This document shows positions 1 to 10,015 of a DNA stretch of 64,000 bases, one piece after another (positions within the stretch are counted from its first letter, which is position 1; the number at the start of each line of letters is the position of its first letter). The translations under genes were made by a program, and so were the position numbers. The notes beneath the pieces were generated by a model that worked only from the letters and a program-made list of their open reading frames with translations, searched no databases and was not told the DNA's origin. Source of the DNA: Calditrichales bacterium (lineage in GTDB: Bacteria; Calditrichota; Calditrichia; Calditrichales; J004); the NCBI GenBank assembly GCA_965267575.1, contig OZ254086.1, forward strand, positions 3,963,818-4,027,817. The letters run 5' to 3'.

Positions 1-732
1 ATGTTTTATGGTTGGCAAAATGGGTTTAAGACTTTTAAGAGGCGCGCAGATGCGTTCGCCTATTTCGGGGTGTTTCTTGATAGTTTCAAATTCTTCGTCA
101 TCCAACGGGCCGTTTTTAAGCAAAATGGAATCCTGGATGGCGATCTTTCCAATATCATGCAACAGGCCGGCACGACGCAAAATCACCAGGTCTTCTTTAC
201 CCAGCCCTATTCTGCGGCCAAGCCTTTCCGCCATTTTTGACAAACGCTCGCAATGGCCTTCTGTGTATTTGTCTTTGGCCTCAACTGTCCTTGCCAGGCT
301 GAAAATCACCTGCTCGGCATGCTCCAGTTCGTTTATGGAAGAACGCAACTTAAGCAGATTGCGTACACGCGCTCGCAACTCAAAAATGTTGAACGGCTTG
401 GAGATAAAATCATCGACGCCCGCACCATAGCCCTTTAAACGCTCTTCTTTGCCATCCAGGGCGGTGATCATGATGATCGGTATAAAGCGTGTCTTGTCGT
501 CTTCCTTTATAATGCGCGCAACCTGGTAACCGTTTTTGCCGGGCATCATTACATCAAGCAGGATAAGATCGGGTTCATCCTGCTTAACCAGCTTAAGTGC
601 CGTATCACCGTCCAGCGCCGTAGATATGCTGTATTCCAGATCTTCCAGAATCTGCTCAAGGGTATAAATATTGTCAGGCGAGTCATCGACTATCAGGATT
701 TTTTGAGGGCTCGTGCCGTTAGTTTCGCTCAT
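1..732 (-). CDS. Response regulator with an N-terminal receiver (REC) domain and a C-terminal HD-GYP domain (c-di-GMP phosphodiesterase type). The 3' end runs off the left edge of the window.
   Basis: Own translation of the minus strand from the ATG at 732-730 gives MSETNGTSPQKILIVDDSPDNIYTLEQILEDL...DLILLDVMMPGKNGY...DDFISKPF (REC). It continues with EAKDKYTEGHCERL, LLHDIGKIAI and KKHPEIGERI (HD-GYP blocks). The frame is open to position 1, so it is absent from the supplied ORF track. The plus-strand ORFs at 1-438 are its shadows. Confidence 0.85.
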   Translation of the reverse strand, partial: MSETNGTSPQKILIVDDSPDNIYTLEQILEDLEYSISTALDGDTALKLVKQDEPDLILLDVMMPGKNGYQVARIIKEDDKTRFIPIIMITALDGKEERLKGYGAGVDDFISKPFNIFELRARVRNLLKLRSSINELEHAEQVIFSLARTVEAKDKYTEGHCERLSKMAERLGRRIGLGKEDLVILRRAGLLHDIGKIAIQDSILLKNGPLDDEEFETIKKHPEIGERICAPLKSLKPILPTIKH

Positions 733-735
733 ATT

Positions 736-1752
736 TTATTTTACTTCCCAGGTGTTTCCCGCATATAACAGTTTATTTAGATCGCCCTCTCCGCGCATTT
801 CTTTCACCTGCTCTATCTGTTTGGTCAATAACATGTCATAAGTATTTTGTTCACGCCGAACGAATACACCCATGGGCACAGGCATATCCTGTCTGGAATT
901 CAGTTCTGCCAGTGCAAATGCCATTCCGGAAGGCGTTTCCGCGGCATTATGCCGGTAAACATCGCCGTCAGCCGCGTCAACTGTCTCAAACTCCAGTCCA
1001 TTCCAGCGCAATCCTTTCTCATCGTTCTGTCCATAGATCAAAGCCTGGCCATCCTGCATATAAACGACCGACTCCTTTTTGCTCTTGTTGTCGGTCAGCT
1101 CAAAAAAAGCGCCATCATTAAAAATATTGCAGTTCTGGTATATCTCCACAAAGGCAGTGCCCTTATGTTCCGCCGCCTCGCGCATCGTTTGCGCCAGGTG
1201 TTTAGGATCACGATCGATGCTGCGGGCTACAAAGCTTGCCCCGGCCGCCAGTGCCAGCTTTACAGGATCAAAGGGATTATCTATCGCGCCAAACGGCGAG
1301 GACTTGGTGATCTTGCCCTTTTCAGACGTGGGAGAATACTGCCCTTTTGTCAATCCGTAAATGCGGTTATTAAACAGCAATACCGTAACATCCAGGTTGC
1401 GGCGGCATAAATGCATCAGGTGATTTCCGCCAATACTAAGACCGTCGCCATCGCCGGTAACGATAAAGACTTTAAGCTCCGGGTTAGTCAGCTTTACACC
1501 GGCGGCGATGGCCGGAGCCCGGCCATGAATACCGTGAATACCATACGTATCCACATAATAGGGAAAACGGCTGGAGCAGCCGATTCCCGAGACAAAGACG
1601 ATTTTCTCTTTTGGAATTCCCAGCTCAGGCAGCACTTTTTTCATCTGCGCCAGGATGGAGTAATCACCGCAACCGGGACACCATCGTACTTCCTGGTCAC
1701 TGCTGAAATCGTCTTTGCTGAGTATTGCTTTTTCCTTTAAATGTTCAGACAT
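736..1752 (-). CDS. korB: 2-oxoglutarate:ferredoxin oxidoreductase, beta (TPP-binding) subunit
   Basis: 338 aa. It has the CPGCGDYSIL Cys motif and the TPP-binding GDGDGLSIGGNH block. It starts 14 nt downstream of the alpha subunit gene. Confidence 0.9.
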   Translation of the reverse strand: MSEHLKEKAILSKDDFSSDQEVRWCPGCGDYSILAQMKKVLPELGIPKEKIVFVSGIGCSSRFPYYVDTYGIHGIHGRAPAIAAGVKLTNPELKVFIVTGDGDGLSIGGNHLMHLCRRNLDVTVLLFNNRIYGLTKGQYSPTSEKGKITKSSPFGAIDNPFDPVKLALAAGASFVARSIDRDPKHLAQTMREAAEHKGTAFVEIYQNCNIFNDGAFFELTDNKSKKESVVYMQDGQALIYGQNDEKGLRWNGLEFETVDAADGDVYRHNAAETPSGMAFALAELNSRQDMPVPMGVFVRREQNTYDMLLTKQIEQVKEMRGEGDLNKLLYAGNTWEVK

Positions 1753-1766
1753 ATACTTTTTCCTGT

Positions 1767-3602
1767 TTAAAGAAGCGCGGTCATTGCTTCGGTCAATTCA
1801 CTGTTTTTAAAAGGCAGGCCGCGTACTTTGTTAAAGCCTTTGGCATCCACCAGAAAACGGTCTCGGATGATGCTGCACAGCTGGCCCAGGTTTATTTCCG
1901 GGACAAGCACATTTTTGAAATTATGAATAACCCTGCCCAGCGTTGGACTTAACGGGTTTAGCCAGCGCAGGTGTATCCAGGAAATTTTTGAAGACGGGTG
2001 CGTGCGTCGAGTTTCGTGTATCGCGTTGTACACAGAACCGTAGGTGCTGCCCCAGCTTATCACAAGCAGGTCGCCCTGTTCCGGCCCGTCCACTTCTTCG
2101 GCACCTACAAAACCGGCAACACGCTCCACTTTTTCTGAACGCAGACGCACCATCCTGTCGTGATTCTCCGGTTCATAAGAGACGTGCCCGCTTATATCTT
2201 CCTTTTCCAGGCCACCGATGCGGTGTTCCAGGCCCGGTGTGCCCGGCAAGGCTATCAGCCGCGCCAGGGTTTGCGGGTCGCGTTTGTAGGGGTGGTAGGT
2301 ATCGGGGTCGCTGCCGTATTTAACTTCTATTTTAGGGATGGCCGAGGGATCCGGGATACGCCAGGGTTCCGCGCCGTTGGCCAGGTAGCCGTCGGAAAGG
2401 ACCATCACCGGCGTATTGAACTGCAGGGCAATCCGTGCCGCTTCCAGCGCCGTGTCAAAACAATCGGCCGGACTTTTTGCGGCAACCACGGGAATAGGCG
2501 CTTCACCGTTGCGGCCGTACATGGCCTGCAGCAGATCGGCCTGCTCGGTCTTGGTGGGTAAGCCCGTGCTGGGGCCGCCACGCTGAATGTTCAGCACAAC
2601 CAGAGGCAGCTCCAGCATGGTGGCATAACCGAGAAATTCTCCCTTAAGCGCGATTCCCGGACCGCTGGACGCCGTTACGCCCAGCGCGCCGGCATAAGAG
2701 GCCCCGAGCGCTGCACCGATACCGGCAATCTCATCCTCTGCCTGGAAGGTCTTAACGTTGTAGTTGCGGTATTGCGCCATAAAGTGCAGAATATCGCTGG
2801 CCGGCGTAATCGGGTAGCCGCCCAGGAAAAGCTCCTTGTCCGCCTTCCTGCCCGCCGTGATCAGTCCAAGAACCAGGGCTTCGTTGCCGGTAATATTGCG
2901 GTAAACGCCTTTAGCTTTTTTGGCCACCTGCACGGTGTAGGATGTAACAAATATTTCTGTCGACAAGGCGTAATTATAACCGGCATTCAGAGCAGCCACA
3001 TTGGCATCTACCAGCTCGGGACGCTTCTGGAATTTTTTTTGGATCCACGCAATGGTGTTGTCCAGGGGACGCGTAAACATCCAGTAGGCAATGCCCAGGG
3101 CGAAAAAGTTTTTACAGCGCTCTTTTTCCTTGGGTGTAAGAGCGGAATCTACAAGCGCCTCTTTGGTGAGCCTGCTGATTTCCACGTCAAAAAGCTGAAA
3201 ACCATCCAATGAACGGTCTTCCAGCGGGTTGCCTTCGTAGCCTGCAAGTTTAAGGTTGCGCGGCGTAAATGCATCTTTATTTACGATTATTATACCGTCC
3301 TGGCGCAGGTTGTCCAGGTTTACCTTTAGCGCCGCCGGGTTCATCGCGATCAGCACATCGCACACATCGCCCGGTGTACGCACATCGCTGCTGCTGAATT
3401 GTATCTGAAAACCGGAAACGCCAAAAAGCGTACCGGCAGGCGCACGTATTTCTGCAGGAAAATCGGGCAGCGTGGAAAGATCATTTCCAAACAGCGCGGT
3501 GGTATTGGTGAACTGTCCACCCGTAAGCTGCATGCCGTCGCCGGAATCCCCGGCAAAACGGATGGTTACGCTGTCCAGTTGTTGTGCTGGTTTTTCAGCC
3601 AT
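1767..3602 (-). CDS. korA: 2-oxoglutarate:ferredoxin oxidoreductase, alpha subunit (gamma-alpha fusion type)
   Basis: 611 aa. An N-terminal gamma-like domain (FAGDSGDGMQLTGGQF) is followed by an alpha domain (GGYPITPASDI, RGGPSTGLPTKTEQADL). It is paired with korB. Confidence 0.9.
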   Translation of the reverse strand: MAEKPAQQLDSVTIRFAGDSGDGMQLTGGQFTNTTALFGNDLSTLPDFPAEIRAPAGTLFGVSGFQIQFSSSDVRTPGDVCDVLIAMNPAALKVNLDNLRQDGIIIVNKDAFTPRNLKLAGYEGNPLEDRSLDGFQLFDVEISRLTKEALVDSALTPKEKERCKNFFALGIAYWMFTRPLDNTIAWIQKKFQKRPELVDANVAALNAGYNYALSTEIFVTSYTVQVAKKAKGVYRNITGNEALVLGLITAGRKADKELFLGGYPITPASDILHFMAQYRNYNVKTFQAEDEIAGIGAALGASYAGALGVTASSGPGIALKGEFLGYATMLELPLVVLNIQRGGPSTGLPTKTEQADLLQAMYGRNGEAPIPVVAAKSPADCFDTALEAARIALQFNTPVMVLSDGYLANGAEPWRIPDPSAIPKIEVKYGSDPDTYHPYKRDPQTLARLIALPGTPGLEHRIGGLEKEDISGHVSYEPENHDRMVRLRSEKVERVAGFVGAEEVDGPEQGDLLVISWGSTYGSVYNAIHETRRTHPSSKISWIHLRWLNPLSPTLGRVIHNFKNVLVPEINLGQLCSIIRDRFLVDAKGFNKVRGLPFKNSELTEAMTALL

Positions 3603-3623
3603 TCATATAACCTTTCTCAAAAT

Positions 3624-3650
3624 ATAAAAACGGCGCAGCGTGTCGCGCCG
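3624..3650 (-). terminator. Rho-independent terminator after the upstream 9-gene operon, just ahead of korA
   Basis: On the minus strand, a CGGCGC / GCGCCG stem (3645-3650 with 3631-3636) and an 8-nt loop are followed by TTTTTATATT. It lies 10 nt after the stop of the 3660-4424 gene. Confidence 0.6.
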
Positions 3651-3659
3651 CGCACGGAA

Positions 3660-4424
3660 CTATTTAAACATGGAAACACGGGACTCGAAGTCAAAATATC
3701 GTTCAACCTGTTCGTTGCTGACATTAAAAAGCCGACGTGTCATATTTAGAACGTCGGGATCGGTGCGATTTAATTCCAGCATGAGATTTATTGCTTCTTC
3801 TTCAAAATTATCACAGCTCAGGATATTGTTGAGCATGCCCCATTTTTTAGCCTTTTTAGCTTTTATTTTGCCGCCGCGCAGAAGCAGATCGCGTGCTTTG
3901 CCAATACCCACATATTGTGGTAGAAGCAACGGCAAAGCCCCTGTCGGGTGCACGTTGTGCTGCAGATGAGCAAACGACAGGACAGTCTTCTCGCAGCCAA
4001 AACGCAGGTCCACGGCCAGCGCCGCGCCAAAAAACGGTGTAACAATCGTGCCCTGCAGCCCCATTGCCACCGGCTTTTGGAAATCGATCGCGCGGCTGAT
4101 GAAGTGATTCAGGATATTGATTTGCCGGACACGACGGGCATGCATGCGGTATAGGTCTTCCTGGTTGCCGGAACCGGTGATCTCTTTCATATAAACAGCA
4201 TACTCTTCCTCGCCAAAGGTGCCGGGGTTGTTGATAACCAGAAAGCTGTGTACCGTGCTGTCTTTTTCTACATGGTCCATCAGGTTGAACAGATGGTTGC
4301 TTTCAGAAAGATCCGTCACAACTTCAAAAGCGTTTTTCTTGATACACAAAACAACCAGCGATTCCCGACGGTAACTTCGCAGATCTTCATCTTCGAAGTT
4401 GTAATCAAATACCTTGCGAGCCAT
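3660..4424 (-). CDS. Crotonase-fold (enoyl-CoA hydratase/isomerase superfamily) protein, divergent
   Basis: 254 aa. The segment GTIVTPFFGAALAVDLRFGCEKTVLSFAHLQHNVHPTGALPLLLPQYVGIGKARDLLLRGGKI aligns without gaps to the crotonase core as I remember it (ALGGGCELAMMCD...FGQPE...GAGGTQRL...AMEMVLTG). Confidence 0.65.
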   Translation of the reverse strand: MARKVFDYNFEDEDLRSYRRESLVVLCIKKNAFEVVTDLSESNHLFNLMDHVEKDSTVHSFLVINNPGTFGEEEYAVYMKEITGSGNQEDLYRMHARRVRQINILNHFISRAIDFQKPVAMGLQGTIVTPFFGAALAVDLRFGCEKTVLSFAHLQHNVHPTGALPLLLPQYVGIGKARDLLLRGGKIKAKKAKKWGMLNNILSCDNFEEEAINLMLELNRTDPDVLNMTRRLFNVSNEQVERYFDFESRVSMFK

Positions 4425-4436
4425 TTCCCCTCCTGC

Positions 4437-5978
4437 TTAATTCCAGATATCGCGGTCCAGCGTACGATACTGGATCGCTTCACTGATGTGGTTTGCCTCA
4501 ATCTTTTCACTGGTTTCCAGGTCGGCGATCGTACGCGCCACCTTGAGAATTCGATCGTAAGCGCGGGCAGAAAGCCCCAGTTTTTCGATGGCATTTTTCA
4601 GCAACGCCCTGCTCTCCTCACCAATCGGGCAATAACGGCGTACATCAGCCGGCGGCATATCGGCATTGCAAAACATCTCTCTTTCGTTTTCAAAGCGCTT
4701 TAGCTGTACCTGGCGCGCTTCCTCCACACGCTGACGTATCAAAGCGGAAGCCTCGCCCCGGCGCTCCGACGACAACTCTTTGAATTTAATCGCCGGCACC
4801 TCAATATGGATATCGATGCGGTCCAGCAGCGGACCGGAGACCTTTGCCAGATAGCGCTGTATCTGCGGCGGCGGACAGGTACAGGATTTATTCGGATCAC
4901 CGTAATAGCCGCAGGGACAGGGATTCATAGCGGCGACCAGCATAAAATTAGCGGGATAGGTCAACGACAAGGCCGCACGGGAAATGGTGACCTGGCTGTC
5001 TTCCATAGGCTGGCGCATAACCTCCAGCACGTTTTTCTTGAACTCCGGCAATTCATCCAGAAACAACACGCCGTGGTGGGCAAGACTTACCTCCCCCGGC
5101 CGCGGGTATTTTCCACCGCCAACAAGCGCGGCATCGCTGATTGTATGGTGCGGCGAACGGAAAGGCCGCACCGAAACGAGTCCGTTTTCCGACGAAAGCA
5201 CGCCGGCCACGGAGTGGATCTTGGTGGTTTGTATGGCTTCGGCAAGAGAGAGCGGCGGCAGAATGGTCGGAAAACGTCGCGCCAGCATGGTCTTGCCCGA
5301 TCCCGGGGGACCGATCATAAGAATATTGTGGCCACCGGCAGCAGCTACTTCGAGCGCCCTCTTCACATGCTCCTGCCCTTTTACATCGGCAAAATCGAAA
5401 CGCTGCTCCAGACCTTTGCGAAACATCTCGAAAACATCACTGCTCCGGGGCTCAATCTCAACATGGCCGTTCAGGAAGCCGATCACATCGGTCAGGTGAC
5501 CTGCCGGGATAACCTGTAATTCCGGGCTGCCCATGGCCGCCTCCCCGGCGTTCTCTTCCGGCAAAATTATGCCCTTGTAGCCCTTTTCCGCCGCGGAAAT
5601 GGCGATGGAAAGACAGCCATGCACCGGCCGCAATGTTCCGTCCAGTGCCAGCTCCCCCAAAATGAGATAATCCAGCAATGGCGCGGCATCCACATCACCC
5701 TGGGCGCACAAAATCCCTACGGCTATCGGCAGATCGTAGGATGATCCTTCCTTTTTTACATCGGCGGGCGCCAGGTTTATGGTAATGCGTCTCTGATGTA
5801 CAAATTTGTAGCCGGAATTTTTTATGGCGGAAATAACACGTTCACGGCTTTCGCGCACAGCGTTGTCGGGTAAACCCACAATCCCGAAATAGGGCACGTT
5901 GCCTTCCATGTGCGTTTCCACTTCAACCAGATAGGCGTCTATTCCGAGCAGCGCGGCGCTGAACACTTTGGAGATCAT
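4437..5978 (-). CDS. comM: YifB/ComM family Mg-chelatase-like AAA+ ATPase
   Basis: 513 aa. It has an N-terminal Lon-like domain, a Walker A motif ([13 protein letters not shown]), LFLDELPEF (Walker B region) and the Cys-rich [16 protein letters not shown] insert typical of the family. Confidence 0.9.
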   Translation of the reverse strand: MISKVFSAALLGIDAYLVEVETHMEGNVPYFGIVGLPDNAVRESRERVISAIKNSGYKFVHQRRITINLAPADVKKEGSSYDLPIAVGILCAQGDVDAAPLLDYLILGELALDGTLRPVHGCLSIAISAAEKGYKGIILPEENAGEAAMGSPELQVIPAGHLTDVIGFLNGHVEIEPRSSDVFEMFRKGLEQRFDFADVKGQEHVKRALEVAAAGGHNILMIGPPGSGKTMLARRFPTILPPLSLAEAIQTTKIHSVAGVLSSENGLVSVRPFRSPHHTISDAALVGGGKYPRPGEVSLAHHGVLFLDELPEFKKNVLEVMRQPMEDSQVTISRAALSLTYPANFMLVAAMNPCPCGYYGDPNKSCTCPPPQIQRYLAKVSGPLLDRIDIHIEVPAIKFKELSSERRGEASALIRQRVEEARQVQLKRFENEREMFCNADMPPADVRRYCPIGEESRALLKNAIEKLGLSARAYDRILKVARTIADLETSEKIEANHISEAIQYRTLDRDIWN

Positions 5979-5984
5979 AGGCTT

Positions 5985-6890
5985 TTACAGCAGGTCGTTA
6001 AGGGCTTTGTCAACCGTCTCATATTTAAATCGATAGCCTGACTTTTGCAAGACAGCGGGGATGATTTTTTCACCGTTTACCACTTCCGAAGACAATTCTC
6101 CCAGGATAATTTTCAATACAAAAGTCGGCACACGGAAGAAAGAGGGCCGGTTCAGCGCGCGGCCCAGAGCATCGGCAAACTCGTTCATCGTAACGGGATT
6201 GGGCGCGCACAGATTGACCGGACCGGAGATTTTCTTTTCAAGCAAAAAAGCGATTGCGTCTACCATGTCCTGCATGTGTATCCAGGAAAGGCCTTGCTTG
6301 CCTGTGCCCAGCGGCCCGCCCACAAACAGGCGAAAAGGCAGCAAGAATTTTTGCAGCATACCGCCATCGGGATGTAAAACCGGAGCCGTACGCAGCAGCA
6401 CGCGGCGCACACCCAGCTCTTCAATGCCTGCACCGGCCGCTTCCCAGTCTTTGCAAAGGCGGGCCACAAAATGATCGCCGTGTTCGCCGCTTTCATCCAC
6501 CGGGTTGGGCTGGCCCAGCCGGTAGATGCCGATGGCCGAAGCCTGAATGTAAGTTGTGGGTTTGCTTTTGGCACTGCGGAATGCATTGAGCATAATGCGC
6601 GCGGGAAACACGCGGCTGTCCAGCAGCTCTTTCTTACGCTTGTCTGTCCAGCGCTTGTCGGCAATCCCCTCACCGATCAGATTGATGACAGCGTCGCATT
6701 TTTCAATATCATCCTGCCAGTCAGAGCGATCGTCTCCGTTCCAGCGCTTGCAGGTAACTTGCGCGCCAAGCTGCTTTTGGGCACGCTGCGGGTTGCGGCT
6801 CAATGCGATCACACTATGGCCTTTTTCCACCAGATGCTGAACGAGGTGCTGACCTATAAAGCCGGTAGCACCGGCACATAAAATCGTCAT
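5985..6890 (-). CDS. TIGR01777/YfcH-type NAD-dependent epimerase family protein (SDR with C-terminal DUF1731)
   Basis: Rossmann motif MTILCAGATGFIGQHL. I moved the start to the ATG at 6890, which has AAAGG 6 nt upstream and lies 17 nt after the upstream stop at 6908. The track start at 6941 would overlap the upstream gene. Confidence 0.8.
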   Translation of the reverse strand: MTILCAGATGFIGQHLVQHLVEKGHSVIALSRNPQRAQKQLGAQVTCKRWNGDDRSDWQDDIEKCDAVINLIGEGIADKRWTDKRKKELLDSRVFPARIMLNAFRSAKSKPTTYIQASAIGIYRLGQPNPVDESGEHGDHFVARLCKDWEAAGAGIEELGVRRVLLRTAPVLHPDGGMLQKFLLPFRLFVGGPLGTGKQGLSWIHMQDMVDAIAFLLEKKISGPVNLCAPNPVTMNEFADALGRALNRPSFFRVPTFVLKIILGELSSEVVNGEKIIPAVLQKSGYRFKYETVDKALNDLL

Positions 6891-6907
6891 ATCAACCTTT
6901 CTTAGCC

Positions 6908-9004
6908 CTAAATCAGATCGTTGCGTTTGCGCAGCCACCATTCAGCGGCAATCACGACAATTATCAACAAAAGCAGCAAAGGCTTTGTTCGCCATACATA
7001 ATCGCGGTCCTGCCGGATGCGTTGCGGCTCGCTGTTAATATAACCATCAAGGCGGTCAATTTTTTCCAGCGGCACATAGGCACCACCGCTCTCACGGGCC
7101 ATCTGCTTTAACATCAATGAATCGCGCTCCGTGCGCACAAACTCTTTTTGGTACGGCAGCACGTCTACCGTTTTCTGATCGCGGCCTACCTGCCGGCCGT
7201 TGATAACGCCCGTGGCCTGCAAACTGTAGCGTCCTTCCGCGGCCGGCACAAAGCTGCCTTTGAAAACACCGGCGCTGTCGGCATTAAGCGGCAGGGAAAA
7301 CGTACGTTCGCCGGCAGACACTTCCACCATCACCGTGCCGTTTTGGGCCGGATTGTTGCTTCCGTCGAACAGGTAGGCGCTTACAGCGACGGGACGCCCC
7401 AGCGTAACCGTGGCCGCGTCGGTTTGCAGCATGACCGGTTGAAAAGGCTGCTTTTGCCCCAGGCGTTTCACCAGGTTTTGCAGCAATCGTTTGTAACCGT
7501 CGCTAATCTCGCCGCTGCCGGCCAGAGAAAAATGCCAGCGCCAGAAGCCCTGCCCGTTGAACAACCAAACCTTGCGCGGCTCTTTGGAGAGACGGCTCAG
7601 CACGCTGCGCTCGGGCATGCCCGTGGCGGAAGCCGTTAGCCAGATTTCTTCATTGCTCACATTCCAGTATTGCTTAACCGGCGGTATGGCGCGCCAGAAT
7701 GCGTTTTGCTGCGCCGCTTCTTCAAAAAGCAGCAACAACGGGTCATCCACGTCCGGCTCGTTCGCATCCAGGTCCAGCGCCACGTTTGCACGTGTAAATG
7801 AGCTGCCGCTTGCGCCGCGTAAAAGACGTTCCAACGCGGACACATCCATGCGCGCCCCGGCGAAAATTATAACACCCTGCCCCTGGCGCTGAATGGATGC
7901 AGCCAGTGATGTAATCGTTGAACTGTTCGTTCCCTGTGAGGGCCAGTCGACTAGGATAACAACGTCCAGGCTGTCAAAAGGCACATTCCCCTGTTGCCGC
8001 ACGCTGTTTACGTAGGACCAGGTTTCGATATTGGGCGAATCACTCAGCAGCAATTGAGAAAACTTATGCTCGTAATTCGGCGCAGCTGTAAACATGCCTG
8101 CCCTGATTTTTGATTTGAGAACGCTTTGAACAAAAGTATAGCGATTATTGCTCACGTTGGCATCGCTGCCGGCCTCGGTAATTGCCACCGTATAGCGGAT
8201 TGTGCCGGTTTGCGACGGTGTATAAGGCAGCTCAATTTCAGTTTCGCTGCCGCCGGCGGGGGCATCAAACGAGCGGCTGGCCAGGATACGATCGCCCTGT
8301 AACAAAACAAGACGCGCTTTTTGTGTTTGCCCGCCTCGGCCGCCCACGCGCACACGCAGGTTTTCTTCCTGGCCGCGATATGCCTTGGCCGGATAAAGCA
8401 CGTCGGCAACAAAAAGATCATTACCGCCGCTCCGCGCGCCCACACCGATACTAATAATCTCTGTGGTCGCCGGCATTTCCACCAACGGCCCGCTGCTGCG
8501 GATACCGTCGCTGATCAAAAGCGCCTGGTCAAAGGCGTTGTTTTCAAGAAATGATCGCAGTATGCTGAAGTCGGTACCGCCCTCAAACGCCGGCAGTGTA
8601 TCCGTTGTCAGCGCCGTCACTTCCGTGTTAAAGGTATAAGCGGAAATCTCAGCCGTTTTACCAGACAGGCGATCGCGAACTGCTGTAAAGGCTTTGGACG
8701 TGCTGTCGGCGCGATTTTCCCTTTCACTTTGCAATCCCATGGAACCGGAAGCATCCACGATAAGTGCTACTCTTGGCGCCCGCTCCAGCAAAAATGAGAA
8801 CAGCACCTGCGGATCGAGCAACAACAAAATGATCAGGAACAATGCCAGCCCGCGCAGAAAAGTGAGCAGCGAGCGGTTGCCCGCCTGTATATGCCGGGCC
8901 GTCTTTTTGTACAACCAGTAAGTAACGGCAAATGAGATCGCGGCAATAAGGACAACAGCAATAAAAGGTATGTTAAAACGAATGATATCGGGCAGAAAAT
9001 TCAT
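6908..9004 (-). CDS. Large membrane-anchored vWA-domain protein (Bat-like) with N-terminal double TM and C-terminal TM
   Basis: 698 aa. The N-terminus has two hydrophobic helices. ALIVDASGSMG carries a DxSxS MIDAS-type motif. The C-terminal anchor is LLLLLIIVVIAAEWWLRKR. Confidence 0.5.
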   Translation of the reverse strand: MNFLPDIIRFNIPFIAVVLIAAISFAVTYWLYKKTARHIQAGNRSLLTFLRGLALFLIILLLLDPQVLFSFLLERAPRVALIVDASGSMGLQSERENRADSTSKAFTAVRDRLSGKTAEISAYTFNTEVTALTTDTLPAFEGGTDFSILRSFLENNAFDQALLISDGIRSSGPLVEMPATTEIISIGVGARSGGNDLFVADVLYPAKAYRGQEENLRVRVGGRGGQTQKARLVLLQGDRILASRSFDAPAGGSETEIELPYTPSQTGTIRYTVAITEAGSDANVSNNRYTFVQSVLKSKIRAGMFTAAPNYEHKFSQLLLSDSPNIETWSYVNSVRQQGNVPFDSLDVVILVDWPSQGTNSSTITSLAASIQRQGQGVIIFAGARMDVSALERLLRGASGSSFTRANVALDLDANEPDVDDPLLLLFEEAAQQNAFWRAIPPVKQYWNVSNEEIWLTASATGMPERSVLSRLSKEPRKVWLFNGQGFWRWHFSLAGSGEISDGYKRLLQNLVKRLGQKQPFQPVMLQTDAATVTLGRPVAVSAYLFDGSNNPAQNGTVMVEVSAGERTFSLPLNADSAGVFKGSFVPAAEGRYSLQATGVINGRQVGRDQKTVDVLPYQKEFVRTERDSLMLKQMARESGGAYVPLEKIDRLDGYINSEPQRIRQDRDYVWRTKPLLLLLIIVVIAAEWWLRKRNDLI

Positions 9005-9007
9005 AGA

Positions 9008-10015
9008 TCAATCCAGCGACTTTAGCGCCAGGCTGGGATAGGCGTTTAGTTCCTGCGTGGCGTAGAGACCGCGTTCCAGGTATTCGGCGCCGGCCCTGGC
9101 GATCATGGCGGCATTATCGGTACAGTACTGGAACTCCGGTTGATAGTAATCCACACCGTTTTCACTGCAGGCTTCAGACAGTTTTTGGCGCAGCAGGGAG
9201 TTTGCTGCAACGCCGCCGGCAACCGCTACGGCCTGTACACCATATTGCCGGGCCGCACGCAGGCTCTTCTGCACAAGCACATCAACGGCCGCCCACTGGA
9301 ACGATGCACAGATATTGGCAAGATTCTTTTTTACAAAGGGCGCGTCATGTTTTTGCAGATAGGTCAGCACCGCTGTTTTTAGTCCGCTGTAGCTGAAATC
9401 GTAGTGCTCTTCATTTAAAAAAGCACGGGGGAATTTTATAAACTCCGGATCGCCCTCTTTGGCCATTTTGTCGATAACCGGCCCGCCGGGATAGCCCAGC
9501 CCCAGGATTTTGGCCGTTTTATCAAAAGCCTCGCCAACGGCATCATCGCGCGTGGTGCCCAGAATCTCATATTGCAAATGCTGCTTCATCAAAACGATCT
9601 GCGTATGCCCGCCTGAAACGATCAAAAAAAGAATGGGGAATTTAAACTCTTGCTGCGATAAAAGATTACCGTAAATATGCCCTTCCATGTGGTTAACCCC
9701 CACAAAAGGCTTATGGGTGGATAGAGACAATCCCTTAATAAAATTGAGTCCCACAAGCAGCGCGCCTACCAGCCCAGGACCATGGGTGACGGCAAACCCG
9801 TCCATGTCATCCAGCTTTTTGCCGGCACGTTCAAGCGCTTCGTTTATAACTGGTATAATCATGCGCACATGAGCGCGCGAAGCGAGTTCCGGCACAACGC
9901 CGCCAAATTTGCTGTGCACCAGCTGCGACGATATGACGTTGGAGAGCGCCCTTTTCCCCTCCAGCACTGCGGCCGATGTTTCATCACATGAAGTTTCAAT
10001 ACCAAGAATGGTCAC
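9008..10015 (-). CDS. tsaD: tRNA N6-adenosine threonylcarbamoyltransferase
   Basis: 335 aa. It has ILGIETSCDETSAAV at the N-terminus, the HMEGH metal site and GGVAAN. Confidence 0.95.
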   Translation of the reverse strand: MTILGIETSCDETSAAVLEGKRALSNVISSQLVHSKFGGVVPELASRAHVRMIIPVINEALERAGKKLDDMDGFAVTHGPGLVGALLVGLNFIKGLSLSTHKPFVGVNHMEGHIYGNLLSQQEFKFPILFLIVSGGHTQIVLMKQHLQYEILGTTRDDAVGEAFDKTAKILGLGYPGGPVIDKMAKEGDPEFIKFPRAFLNEEHYDFSYSGLKTAVLTYLQKHDAPFVKKNLANICASFQWAAVDVLVQKSLRAARQYGVQAVAVAGGVAANSLLRQKLSEACSENGVDYYQPEFQYCTDNAAMIARAGAEYLERGLYATQELNAYPSLALKSLD

